A stretch of 64,000 nt of DNA from Marsupella aquatica (GCA_973895155.1 OZ316895.1:14824816-14888815), one strand, 5' to 3'; positions 1 to 13,000 are shown, counted from the stretch's first letter. Program-made: numbers and translations. The notes: generated by a model from the sequence alone, not told the origin.

Positions 1-1824
1 ATGTTGAATGTGAAGACAAGTCTGATTGTTGACACTGTACTGAATGCTAAGCCTCCTCTAAATCAATTCTGAGACGGGACTGAATGTTGAGATTGATGTT
101 AGGTTTGCCTGTGGTCGGAACACTCTGCGAAACATTTCAATATATATGCATCCGAGTTCCCAATAAGTAATAACAGCCATCGTTGTCTAAAGTGGGCCTC
201 TGGTAGTATTGTGCATCGGGGGCACTCAATAGGAAACTCATAGTTGCTTTTACCAACAACAGAAGCTGCATTTTTGAAGAAATTCCATGGACTTCATTGC
301 TTGCGCAGTTTGTGACATAAAATGTCCAATTAGATGTCGGAATGAAGACATGATCTCTAACTGTCTTGCACTGTATGTCCTTTGAACTGCATTCTTAGAT
401 AGCCCAAATAGTGGAATTCCAAGTGGGACAGTTCACAATCCACAGAGTTGAACCCATTCTGAAATAGAATATAATTCTGAAATAAAATATTTTCATTCAG
501 AGAGTCATAAAGTCAAAACTAGTTCATTTTAACTTTGGCCACTGTCTAGCATGAAAGTCTGTAATGCATATACATATTCGATACCTTCATGTTTGTTTCA
601 TGCATACATTCTTGGCAGTGACTGATGTATTCAACCTGGAATGTAATATTTTGGCTTCGATTGGCTCCTCTATTTTGCTAGCTTCTCAATGTCTGCTCAT
701 AACATTTTTTGAGAACATAGGTATAGACAGAACAGAGTAATTGGGAATTCAGATCATATTGTTGTATGCTTTGTTGGGGATCCTCTTGTGTATGTGCAGG
801 CATACACATTCTACCTGAGGGCAGTATGCCTGTACACCTCAAGTAGAACCAAGTACGATCTGTCGCTTGATATAATTCCACTACACTTCTATATTAATGT
901 TGCCTAAGTGCTTTATTGTTTTTTTTTGGTTGAAATGATGTTACTTGCATTTCATAGTCAATCTTAGTTGGTTGGCTTGGTACTCATTTGCTTCACTCCC
1001 TGGGGCTAGTGAATTTGTTTGCTGTCACTGAGTTTCTTGCGTAAGAACTACATGTTGTTTATTTTCTCGATCCATGCTCTGTTTTGCTCTCTTTCCTCTG
1101 TTTTGCTGGCTTCTTCATGTCTGCTCATAACATTTTTCAGATTGTGTAGTTATGGATAGAACATAGTAATTGGGATCATACTGTCTTCTGCTCTGTTGGG
1201 GATCCTCTTTGAATATATACTTGGTCACATGTATTGAGCTTGGAGGCAGTTTTTTCATTCCCATCTTCATTTTGTCAAGTGACCTTTCTGCCACCCGCCT
1301 CTTTTTTAGGAAGCTCCTTATTGTGTACACAATCTGTACTTTGGTTATGAAGTTTGACTGAGTGCTGCGGGCCACTTCCTGTGCCGACCTGTGCTGTAAT
1401 TTGCTTTGTTTTGCATCCACTGTTTAGTTTCCTTCTATTTTATCGACGAGTTTCATGCATATCATGTTTATAAGAGCTTTTGTGCTGATGCACAATATAG
1501 TTGTGCCAACTGAATGCCAGTCTGCCTACACTCCTACTCAGTCACTCTTGCAAGCAGTGAACTACCTCTCTGTTGCTCACTACAGGCAGAGACTTTCAGT
1601 GTTTCTGGATATTGTACGTAGTTTGCAACATTGTTGATTAGGAGTGTTTCATGCTAAGTTTATACTATGACCTCTAGTTGGAATCAAGGGAATGACACAG
1701 TGAGTGGGAACTGATAAGTTCAGGTTGGTTGTTGTTGGTGAGGCAAGTACAGCTCCTGCTCACCTTGCTGATCAAAGGACGTCAGAGGACGTGAACACAA
1801 GACATCTGAACAAAAGCAACAGTT

Positions 1825-2274
1825 ATGGTGAGCACCCGCAATGCTGAACATGTGCGGCTTGCACGCAAGGCAGAGAGGTTGTGCCTTGAGTATGTGAGAC
1901 TTGGGATCCTTCCTGCCCAGTCTGCATGGTACTTTGAGTACCCTATTGTTGCCAGGAATAACTACAGTCGGCCTGTACCTGCTTCTCTACCCTTCCCAAC
2001 ATCCTTGGTATTTCTGTCTCTTGTACATGACCCGCCACAAATTAGGGCCCAAGGGTGTGTACACAGCTGCCAATATGACTGTCCTGCCTGTCGGGCTTCT
2101 GGCCCAAAGTTGGATGACCGTTCTCTTGGGTGTCGATTTTTGCATAGAGCACAATGTATCATCTGGAACCACTCGCCATCCTGCAGTGTGCCTGGCGATG
2201 TCACTTGTCCTGGCCTCCCAGACCCCACCACCGGTGCGTTTGGTGTCTACACATGTTTGGATCACACGCTGTAG
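1825..2274 (+). CDS. CACTA cargo ORF-X, 149 aa Cys/His-rich protein of unknown function (copy A)
   Basis: ATG-started ORF (MVSTRNAEH...CVHSCQYDCPAC...), open in both copies, same strand as other cargo; no family recognised. Confidence 0.4.
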   Translation: MVSTRNAEHVRLARKAERLCLEYVRLGILPAQSAWYFEYPIVARNNYSRPVPASLPFPTSLVFLSLVHDPPQIRAQGCVHSCQYDCPACRASGPKLDDRSLGCRFLHRAQCIIWNHSPSCSVPGDVTCPGLPDPTTGAFGVYTCLDHTL

Positions 2275-3024
2275 AGGAGCACTTGTCACACCGTATGCAC
2301 AGACCAGAGTGCAATGACCTATAACTTAATGCTCTGACTTAAGCACCGCGGATAATTATTTAAAATTTTGAAGTTTGAGCAATTTTGGGTGCAGGGTTTA
2401 GGATCCATAGTATATAACTTATCCTAATTTGGCTGCACTAAGTGGAATATCCTAATGTAAGAATTAAGCAAGCTCTCTTTAAATTCTCCAATGAAAGACT
2501 GCTTGAATGACTGCTTTAACTTGGCCAACATTGTAACATTATATGACAGAATTTATGGGCCATGTCATAACCTGCAAACATCCCATACAATCACGTATTC
2601 AAACTTATTTGTCTCACTATCATAGCCTATATAGGATGTATAAAGTACAACCCTCATCACACTACTTCATCCCAATCTTGTTGGAAAAATGCTTGTTTTT
2701 CATGTGATGACTATTGTATGTGATTCAAATGCATGAAATGTTGTTGCAGATCTTTTTTGGTGAATCATAGCCACGAAATTGAGGTGCTGGTGGAGCAATT
2801 GTACTAGGAGATCAGTTTTGTGTGTGGGCTCAACATACCAAAAGTATGTCTGCCCTGCATCCTTGTGTGGCCATTGCAATTCATTGCAGTATAAGTTGCC
2901 GTTGTACCTTAAATGCTAAATTTTACTTTCTGTGAAGTCTGCTAGAATATATTGTCTGTCAAGTCTGCCAAAATGTATTGCCTGTATTGTCTACTTAATT
3001 GTACTGTCTGTCTCATGCGTAGGC

Positions 3025-3705
3025 ATGGCACGCCCCAAAATTCCAACGAAAAAGCGTGTGATAGAGGTGAGCAACACAGGTGTACCTGGGCCACACGTTA
3101 CTAACTTCTCTGCAAGTCAGATTTTCCAGAAGGCAGCTCATTGTTGTGCCATTTGTGACGATGGTGGGAGCTTGGTCATCTGTGAGGGCCCTTGCATAAG
3201 GCATTTCCACCTCAACCCGGAGTCTCACCTTGTTGCAGAAAACAATTGTCTAGGGGTGGGCCTCCCGTCAACACACCAGGGAGACTGGATGTGCACTGAT
3301 TGTCTGGAGAAGCAAGCTAAGTGTGCACAGTGTGGGAAGTTGGGGTCCTATGAGGGCTCTGTTGATGCTGCACCGGATGTTAGGAAATGTCCAGACCGTT
3401 TTTGTGTGAGGTTTTTCTGTTTTGAGTGTTTGCCTGTTCATGCCACAGCTTGCCCACTTCATAGGTGCAAGGCATGTGGTGAGCATAATGATGAGTACTG
3501 GGCTGACATAGTCCACAGTGCTAGGTGTCCCAATATGTGGCACTATCATTGCTTGAAAGATCGTCAAGCAGAGGGTTATGCTTGTGACAGAGAAATCTAT
3601 GATCACTCTGCACATGGTGTTGATTGATGGATATTTTATTGTCATTGCCATGCCATTGATCCTACCTTGCGCACTCCTATGAGAGATCACATATCTTGGC
3701 TGTGA
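3025..3705 (+). pseudogene. EDM2-like composite PHD-finger module, copy A (premature TGA at 3625-3627)
   Basis: CAICDDGG..CEGPC.RHFH..WMCTDC..CAQCGKLGS..CPLHRC..ARCP..WHYHCL..IFYCH.HAIDP..RTP.RDH. Copy B has CGA at the stop position. Confidence 0.8.
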
Positions 3706-4301
3706 AGCTGAACATTGTACATGCACAGGGCACCTGATGTGGGTGTACTATTTTTTGGGGATTGCAGAGATTCCAATTTTGAAAAGGAGTTGGGTAGGCA
3801 AGTTTGTATAGGCAGCACTTATCCTATGCTATAGCATTAGTGGCTGGGTACATGCCTATAAAAACTTATCCTAACAAGCCTTCTTGGAAGTATTTAGGCT
3901 GAGTGGTCATTTTCACAAACACTCTCATCAGACTGCTAAATTAAAACAGGACTTCAAAGTTGTAAGCATATAAATTATCAGGCATGCAATTAATCAAATT
4001 GCCCTATAAGTTTGTCATTGAATGTATCCTCCTTTACAACAAAATATGTATGTGCGGCCATGACAAGTTGGTTGCACTTCATTTCACCTTTGATATGGAT
4101 TTCCTAGTATATACTCAAACAATGTCCTGCATCGATGCAGGTGCCTAGTACTTATTGTTCATATATCCCCTGTACCTATCAAAATTGGACTTGAGCAACA
4201 GTGGACCGGATCAACTTAAAAAGCAGGAATTTTGGTGTCCTTCTATTGGCAGGTGAACCCACTCTTCCAATATTCACTCTGATCACGTAGGGTGTGTGTA
4301 C

Positions 4302-5174
4302 ATGGAGCCTGGGAAACGTAGAAAGTGTGACCACCCAGCAGTGTTTACAGGGGTCAGAGCCATTTTGGTCCATGGCCAGCATGGGTTGACCAAAGTGCAT
4401 TGGCCAACTATACAGAAACAATTCTCTGAGCTCCATGGCACTATAGTGCAGGACATCACTCTAGAGACTACACATGTTGTTGCAGGGACATGGCTATCAG
4501 TGATAAAGAAATGGTCATGGTCCTACATGAATTCTGCAATTACTGAGCGAGACCTAAAAGTAGTTGAGGCCTCTTGGATCACAGATTCCATAGCACATCA
4601 GATTGTACAGGATACTGAGCAATATGAACTGTGGGAGGATGAAGAAGCTATTGCATCAGCTTGGGCTGAACAAGAAGTCTGGGAAGCAAAGGCACGGCTT
4701 GCTGATGTCCAATATGGACCTGTACTCAACAAAGGACAAAGCTCAAGAAGGCTGAAGAGTATGTTGGCTGAGGAGATGAAGCAACCAACCCCCATTCTGA
4801 AAGGGCTGAGCATGGTTTTTGTGGAGGCGGGAATTGGAGAGGTTAAGTGCAAAGTGTACAAGTCCACAGTGCTTGACCTAGGTGGGATAGTGGAGGAGAA
4901 TATAACAGAGGACACCACTCATGTCATTACTAAGTCATATCCCAAAGCCTGCCGCAAGTTTGGGAAGGGTGACATTCGCTTTTATGTCATGTCCCATAAT
5001 GTGTTTGTGGTTTCATATGCTTGGCTTGTGGAATCAATAGCAGCTGGGAAGCGTAAAAACCCAATGGACTATGATCTTTTTTAGGCCTGGCCACGGAAGG
5101 GTCAGGATCCTCACAATGAAAACTATGTGACAACAAGTGAGGAAGAGGTTATTAGCGATTCTGAATCAGAGTGA
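4302..5174 (+). pseudogene. Tandem-BRCT protein (Pol lambda-type BRCT x2), copy A; TAG at 5082 removes only the acidic tail
   Basis: Two BRCT repeats (VFTGV..TTHVV..VVEASWITDSI; ILKGL..TTHVI..VVSYAWLVESI). Copy B reads GAG at 5082 and continues to ...SDSESE. Confidence 0.8.
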
Positions 5175-5265
5175 GGAATACGTAGTAGCATCAGTTTTGA
5201 GACAAGCTTTGTGTACAAATCACATCTTTGAAATAAATGTGATATTTGAACTAACGTAGCTTGTT

Positions 5266-5867
5266 ATGGTTGGTCGCAGTTGGACTTATTTTACTGTTGG
5301 CGGATTGTGGTTTCTTGCTGGGCCTGGGGGTGTCACTGTAAACTTACTGGGTGGGCTCAAATCTTGGCGGTAGACTTTGGTGGGTATGTTGCCTTTCCTA
5401 CATCAACAGGCGCTATGTAGGCTCCTCCTCTGGGTTGCCACATGGCTGGCCATTGTTTGGACTCTCCTGCATGGGTTGGTGTTGAAACATATTTCAACAC
5501 CGCCTGAGGATGCAAGAGACGATGAATCTTATTTTTGAGCAGATGAAATTGAAGAGCAGAATGTTGTGGGGACTTCCTTGTTGCCTGGTTTGCCAGATGA
5601 TATAATGCTGTCGGATGTGTGGCCCAGAATTCTTCTGTGGTCAACCGCACAAGACATTTGTAATATAGACTAATTAGCACACAATGGAGGGACTTGGTAG
5701 CTAGCTCCCCCCAGTGGAGGGCATTAGAACCACTTCTTGTAGGCACAGATCGAACCCCACCCTGGTATGCCCAGGGCATACTCCTTGATGACCTGATGTA
5801 CATGCCAGTGTACCTCAGGTGTGACTACCATCGAGAACAGGGTGGGTATCCAGATGAACTCTGGTAA
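5266..5867 (+). pseudogene. F-box protein, copy A (stops and 1-bp frameshift)
   Basis: Homologous to the open ORF 57043-57645; LLPGLPDDIM motif; TAG near 5371, TGA near 5536, 1-bp deletion near 5662. Confidence 0.65.
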
Positions 5868-6254
5868 TAACGTGAGGAGATCTCATACTGCTCTCACACC
5901 AGGCACGTTTGTCTATGACTATAGGTGATTGGACTCTGATATGGTCATGGATGTACGTGCTTGGTTGGCCATTGCAGACTAAGGCAGTATAAGTGAGGAC
6001 AGCGAAGGAGGTGACACCCTGAGACAGTTAGGAATTTTGTTACAGTGTGACCTGAGAATAGATACACGATTCAGGAACCTTTCTTGTTTTTGTTGGTGGT
6101 TGTAGAAAGTCTATGCATGATTTATTACACTGTATCATGTCATATGTTTTGGTAGATAGTGTGAACATCGGAACACAACTAAACAAGAAATGTATTTTCC
6201 ACTTTCATAATGAAATGACAATTAAATCTGAGTGCCTGTGTTTTGAACTCTAAG

Positions 6255-9200
6255 ATGGAGTCTAGAAGAGTGTCCGTAGGTCACCCTCCCCCTTGAACCC
6301 ATCCAACATTTGCCAGGTTGCATCTACATCATCCAATGAGGGTTTCCCAACACGACCAGAAGCTCTGGAATTGGGAACAGGCCAAAGTGGCACGGTCAGG
6401 TCCAAGTTCACGAATGAGATGTCCTTGCACTCAATGCAATGGCTCCCACACCAGAGTCTTGAGGCAGATTCATGGGCACTTGGCAATTCATGGGAGACAC
6501 CCTCGTTGGCGTGTTACAAACGATCCGAATGAGGCTGATTCTTCAGATGAGGAATGGAGGGCTGACTTTGAGAATGCAAATAGTGCAAGGCGAGACCAGT
6601 TCTTCACTGGTGGGTTGGCAGATGTGATGACTCAACTGGGTGGGTCCGAAGTCCTTCAGCAGCCTGCAGACGAAGGGATCAATGTTCAGCAAATGGTGCA
6701 GGATATTTTCCAGGATATTTATGCAATGCGGGAGGACATGGAAGATGCAGAAGAGTTTGAGACCCCACCGGGTGATGACCACGAGTCTTCAGATGAGTTT
6801 GAGATTGGGCAACAGGCTATAGTTGGAGAGGACACCATGTTTGGCTCCCCAACCGAAGTTCAGGAGGCCTTCAATCCGCTGTTCCCAGGAAGCAATTGTT
6901 CCAAATTAGCATTTGTGCTAATGTTTCTAAATATTTGTGGGAACCACAATGTGCCAAACATCTTTGTGTCCGAGGTTCTGGCCTTCTTGCAGAAAACAGT
7001 GCTACCAGGAGGTAATCTAGTGCCAAAAACATGTACGAGGCAAAGAGACTGATATCAAAACTTGGGCTGAACTATGAGTCAATACATGTCTGTCCTGATG
7101 GGCATGTTCTTTTCAGAAACGAACATTAGAAGAAGTTGACATGCCCTACATGTGGGAAGCACAGGTACCGGAACAATGGGAAGTCCAAGCAACCTGCAAA
7201 AGTACTCCGTCACTTTCCTATAATTCCCAGACTACAGCGAATGTTCAGGAGCCGTGCCATATCAGAGTTGATGACATGGACAGCTAAGAACAAAAGTCGA
7301 GATGGGCTACAACGCCATGCTGGAGATTCAAAGCAATGGAAGTTGATTGATGATGTGTATCCTGAGTTTGCTAGGGAGACAAGGAATGTTAGGCTTGGGT
7401 TATCATTGGATGGGGTGAACCCATTTGGCGAGAAGAACAATGCGTACTCTTGTTGGCCTGTAACCCTTTTGAATTACAACCTTCCCCCATGGTTGACTAC
7501 AAAGCGGTTCTTTGTAATGTTGGCATTGTTGATTCCAGGGCCAGACAGTGCTGTTGCAGCCAATATAGATGTGTATCTTGCTCCTCTAGTAGAGGAACTG
7601 AGAAAGCTATGGTACACTGGAGTGCTCACATATGATATGCTGCAGAGGATTGGTGAAGCCAATCCATTCTTGCTTAGAGCTATTGTAATGTTGACTATTG
7701 CAGATTACCCTGCCCATAGCATGATTGCAGGCCAGGTTGGGAAAGGATATTTAGCTTGCACAAGATGTGGCCCCCATGTGACAAGTGACTATTCAAAGTC
7801 CTTGAAGTGTATCAAATACCTTGGTCACCGTCGATTTCTGCCCTCTGATCACCCCTACAGACGTAGACCCAATCTTATAGCACATTTTAACAAGCGCACA
7901 GAGCTCCGCAGTCCCCCACCTTGAGTGAAGAAGGAGCAAATAAGTTCTTGGGGGGCTGCCAAGGCACAGTATGATGCAGATGGAGGAGCAGAGGATGGAG
8001 TACGAGATCCTGCAAGGTTGTATGGTGTGAAACGATAGTCCATTTTGGACTTGCAGCTGGAGTATTGGCGAGTAATCTCCTCTCCCCAACAACCCATATA
8101 TGTGATTCAGTCAATTTAGTTGTTAGATTGTATGAAGTAGTATGTATGTATTATGAAGATTGAGATTTGCTCACTGCTTGATGTTTTGGAGTTGCAGGAG
8201 TTTGATCCAAACAAACATAATATTGATGTTATGCACATAGAGAAGAACATATGCGAGAGTCTACTCTGATTTTTGAGTGGAGAAAAGGACATGGGCTCTG
8301 TACGTATGGATCTACAGGACAGGGGAATTCGACCCCACCTTTGGCTTACAACACACCAGAGCAGGGAAAATGTGTTTTTGAAGTACCAAGCACCATATTG
8401 TTGCACAGACACAGAGTGGCAGACCTTCTTATCAAGGCTGAGTTCACTCCGAGCTCCTACAGATTATGCTAGTGCATTCAAGAGGCATGTGAAGGATAAC
8501 AAATTTGGTAGAATGAAAACCCATGACTACCATGTCATGATGCAACAAGTCCTGCCATTGTGCCTGAGGGGCCTCATGCAAGAGCCTGTGCGTAAAGTTA
8601 TACTGCGTCTGAGTGATGTGTTCCATAGAGTTTGTGTGAAGGTGTGGGATGCTGCACAGTTTCCCCAATTGAAGAAAGATGTGGCACTATTGTTGTGTGA
8701 TCTTGAAATATATTTCCCGCCTGCATTCTTTGATGTAATGACTCATCTGCTCATCCATGTCGTGGAAGAAATAGACCAGTACGGGCCGGTGATAGCACGC
8801 TGGTTGTACCCCCTGGAGCGGTACATGAAGTTGATGAAGGGTCATGTGCGATCTTACTATAGGCCAGAGGCAAGTATGGCTCGGGGTTATATAAAAGATG
8901 AAACTCTGGGCTACATCACAGAGTACCTAGCAGATTACGAGCATGTGACAAGGCGAGTATGGAATTCTGATGAAGAAGAAGGGGTGTCTGGGGAAGTCCT
9001 ATAAGGTGCTGCAACCACAGTGAAGCTGACCATCAAAATTAGAGACTTGGCTCATCAGTACGTTCTAGAAAACACTGATGCAATGCAACCCTGGCTGGAG
9101 TGAGTACCTACTTTGGTCTCCTTGTATGTAACTTGTTTTCAATTTTCTTTGCTACCCTTGGTTTCTAAATTTCAGACATGTATAAAATGTGTACTCTGAT

Positions 9201-9994
9201 TGCTAAATCCATGCACTTGTATGTGTAGAGAGTACGAGGCACAAAAGGCTATTCAATCAAGCACGTCTGCCACATTCCCATGCATGTCAGAATGGCTGAG
9301 ATGCACAGTTTGAGAGCATCATGCAAGCCATCCTAATATGGATGCAGATGTCTATCTCTTGTCCAATCCTCCACGGTTGCTGGTAAAGTCTTACAAACGG
9401 ATGGCAGCATATGGCAATCACTATAGAGTGAGAGATGAAACAACTTCTTCCAGGGTAACATATGATTGCAGGCTCATTTGTGTATTTCAGCATGAGAGCC
9501 CTGATGAAAGTAGAGGAGTGTTGCAGATGGGGTATGTAGGAGAACTACGTGATATCTGGCTTCTTGACTATGGAGCCACATCCACTCCTGTAATTTTGAT
9601 GAAGGGTGAATGGGTAAGACAAGTGTGGCATGGTAACAGGGCCAGTATGAAAAGAGACCGGGATGGCTTTCTGCTTGCCAATTTCAAGTCCAAGTTGCCC
9701 GAATGGGAGCAGCCTTTTGTGTATCCCAGTCAGGTGGAGCAGGCCTTCTTCTTGGATGTGGAAGAGAACCCAGGTTGGAGGGTAGTGTGTCATAAGCAGT
9801 CCAGAAATCGTAGGGTAGAAGGGTCAAAGCTAGAGTTCCATTTAGATAGACATAGTGCATTTGAACAACCACATACTGGAGACGTTGCTACTGTTCAGAC
9901 AAGCACAGAGTATGTTCCTCTAACACGGGTGGATGCTTGGGAGGGTGAGGAGCCATTTGTAGAGGCTGAGCCTGACACCATGCGTATGCAATAA
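6255..9994 (+). pseudogene. CACTA TnpD/Tnp2-type transposase (Transposase_21, DUF4218, DUF4216-like regions), copy A, disrupted
   Basis: Motifs CPCxxC, RNVRLGLSLDGVNPF, YNLPPW, ADYPA, DVMHIEKN, FPPAFFDVMTHLLIH, WLYPLERYM, EQPFVYPSQVEQAFF. Predicted GT-AG introns 8072-8197 and 9100-9228. Stops at 6294, 7127, 7922, 8036, 8267, 9002, 9311 and a frameshift near 7030. Confidence 0.92.
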
Positions 9995-10012
9995 TGTTTG
10001 TCATTGAATAGG

Positions 10013-13000
10013 ATGGAAGAAGATGATGATGAGATGAGTGAGTCTGAAAAGCAAGCCATGATACGTGCAGCATATGTTGATGAGAGGTTGGCAGCTTTGG
10101 GAGCTGAGCTCAGACAGGGATTTTCTGCTTTGTAAGGGAACAATTATCATCCACAGAACCTATCCAGACTTTGCTCATTAATTGGAATGAATGTAGCTAT
10201 GTTTACTAGAGTTGTTCAATGGATGTTGCTTTTGGATGGCATGCAGGCTCCCAGACAGGAGAAGTGTAGTGCAGAAAAGGGCTAGGCAAAGCATCAGTGA
10301 CAGTGCAAGTGGACCTCAGCGACGCAGTGAGAGACTAGCAGTGAAGGACATTCCATCGATGGCAGATTCTACAGATGATGGGCAAAATGTTGGGTCCAGT
10401 GAAAACCATAAGGAATTTGATGATGTAGAGTACTATCCAGAGGAGGAGCCCGATGCAGATGATGAAGAATATGGGCAGGGCAAGCATAATGTCATGGAGC
10501 CCAGCAAAATTGTGGTAATGAAGTGTTGAAGTAGTGTATCACAGTAGTGATCTGTTTGGCTCATGTGAGTGTGGCAAGTCAGAGGAAGATACTTCTTTTA
10601 GGTTTATTGTCCTTGCACATATGTTCTTGCAGGCTAAGAGAGGTGGACTTGCTGCTCGGGGTATGGGCCGTGGGCACAGTACAACAACATCTGGAGGGCG
10701 AAGCACAGTGCATTACATTGCACGTTGGTCCGGACCAATGGGGCGTGCTGGGCACATACCACCTCCACCTCCAGGTAAAACCCAACAGAGCAGTGGGTAT
10801 GGAACAACAACTGTTGGTGTAGGTGGTCACACTGTTGTGTATGGAGCTGCACCACATGGTGGGCACATCCCACCCTCCTTTGCAAGTAGAGCAACAACAC
10901 ATACCCACAACACAGGTGCAGGTCAGGTTAGAGCAACCCCACGCAGCGAGGGGTACACTGTGGTGTATGGCGCACCACCAACACACAGGGCACCCTCTCA
11001 GGGGAGAGCAGCCCCACAAGTGGATGGGTATGGGCCACCACCACCTGCTGGGCACACTGTTGTGTATGTTACGGGTCCACCACCACCACACATTACACGG
11101 GGCCAAGGTAGACCAACACAACATACTGAGCAGTATGGAGCAACAGGAGACGATTGGAGATGTGAGTAGGGATTGCCCTTCAATTCTGGCATTTATGTAA
11201 ATTACTTTGGAAATATATAAAGGGTATGCTAGTGTGATGTTAAAGACCTAATTAAAGTGCTGAATTATGTGACTGCAGATTCTGTCCATCCTGATTGGGG
11301 AGTAACTGACAAGGAGGTTTACTATGAACCTGAAGTAGAGGCAGGACAAGGGACAACTGTAGCCTATGGTTCTGAGCAATGGCCAGAGCCTGATTGGTTG
11401 GCTGGTGGGGAAGATGTACAGGTAGTTGAGCCTGCCTCTTATCCACAGAGTGTCGGCAAAGCATCTGGTCACATGGCTCAGAGATGGGCATTCTGTGAAG
11501 ATGGTCACATTGCAAGTTAGATTGCAATTGGTATCCACTATTTGACATATACAAAGGTATTGATGTTACTATTGTATGATGTCACATGGATGTGGGATGA
11601 TGCAGGGGGCATTAGAAGTCCACTAAAGGGTAGTACAAAAGTTCTAGCGAATCCTAAACCTGTCACACCAAGTAGTACCACAGAAAGCAATGCAGGACCT
11701 GACAGAACCAAGAAAGGAGTAGTGGACATTGGGAGCAACCGTTGGGTGAACAGTGCATGTGCAGGGAAGAATCGTTGGTTGGCTGACTTGAAAGGTGAAA
11801 TATTGCGATGGCTGGATTTGAGTGTGGTGAATTTTGTGCAGCAGCATCGAGCGGATTGGCAACAAGTTGTTGACAATGTAGCCGCAAAATGGAAATATGT
11901 GGGCCATCCGGATGGAGTAGCCATGGAGTGTCTTCAGGCTCATGCAAAGACAATTCTGAAGAATGAGAGGTGGAGATTGCACGTATTGTTTCAAGAAGGT
12001 GGAGAGGACCAAAGAATGCCTGCTCCCCCATTGACAGATCCTCTTCAATGGAGCAAGCTAGTCCATCACTTCTTGAGTGAATCCGACAAGAGTAAGAGTT
12101 CCCAGCTGGCATATGCACCTGGCAACGTTCAGAACCTTAACTTGACAGGAAGGAAAGGGAATGCTCCGATAGTAGAGCAGTTGGTAAGAATAATCCTTGG
12201 ATTGGCAGACCTAGCTTCTACAGTGTATTTGAGTTTTTTTGTGTCCGAGAAAATAATGTGTGAAAATATGATGTATGCAGAAGGCACAAAATGGACAGTC
12301 CCCTACAAAAGAAGAGGTGAGAGCTGAAGCAAGAAAATAGAAGCAAAAATCTGACCAGAGTGATCCTTCAAACCAAGTGAGTACTCATACCAGATAGTGT
12401 TCTTTGAGGTCCACATTCCCTAGTTTGCATGAACAATGGGACCATATATTATTTACCAGATGTAATGGATTGACTCTGTTGGACATATGTGTTTGCAGGG
12501 AGGTGGATCATGTTCTCTTAGCAATTTATCAGATTGTGTGAAATGTATGGAGTCTCATGAGAATGATGTGACCGTGAAATTGAGTGAAATGGCAAGTGAG
12601 TTGACTGCTTTAAAGGAAGATGTTCATAAGCTTATTCGTGTGCAAGAAGACCAATACAAATGTATAATGAATGCAATATGGAATGGAGGTTCTAGAGACC
12701 TGCCACATTACTCCAATTTGATGAATCCAGAGGGTAACATTGAACAGCAAATGGAGATGGAGCCCATAGAAAGGGATGTGGAGGGTACCATGGCCCCAGC
12801 AATGGAAGGTAAGGTTTCTCATATGTTTCCATGATTGGAGATGAGGCAAAAAATGTGTTTTGTTATATGTTTCCATGATTGGAGATGAGGCAAAAAATGT
12901 GTTTTGTTATATGTTTCCATGATTGGAGATAAGGCAAAAATGCTGATAGGCTGTTGACTTGCTATTTTGTTATTGCAGAGGTTACCAATGTACTGAATAC

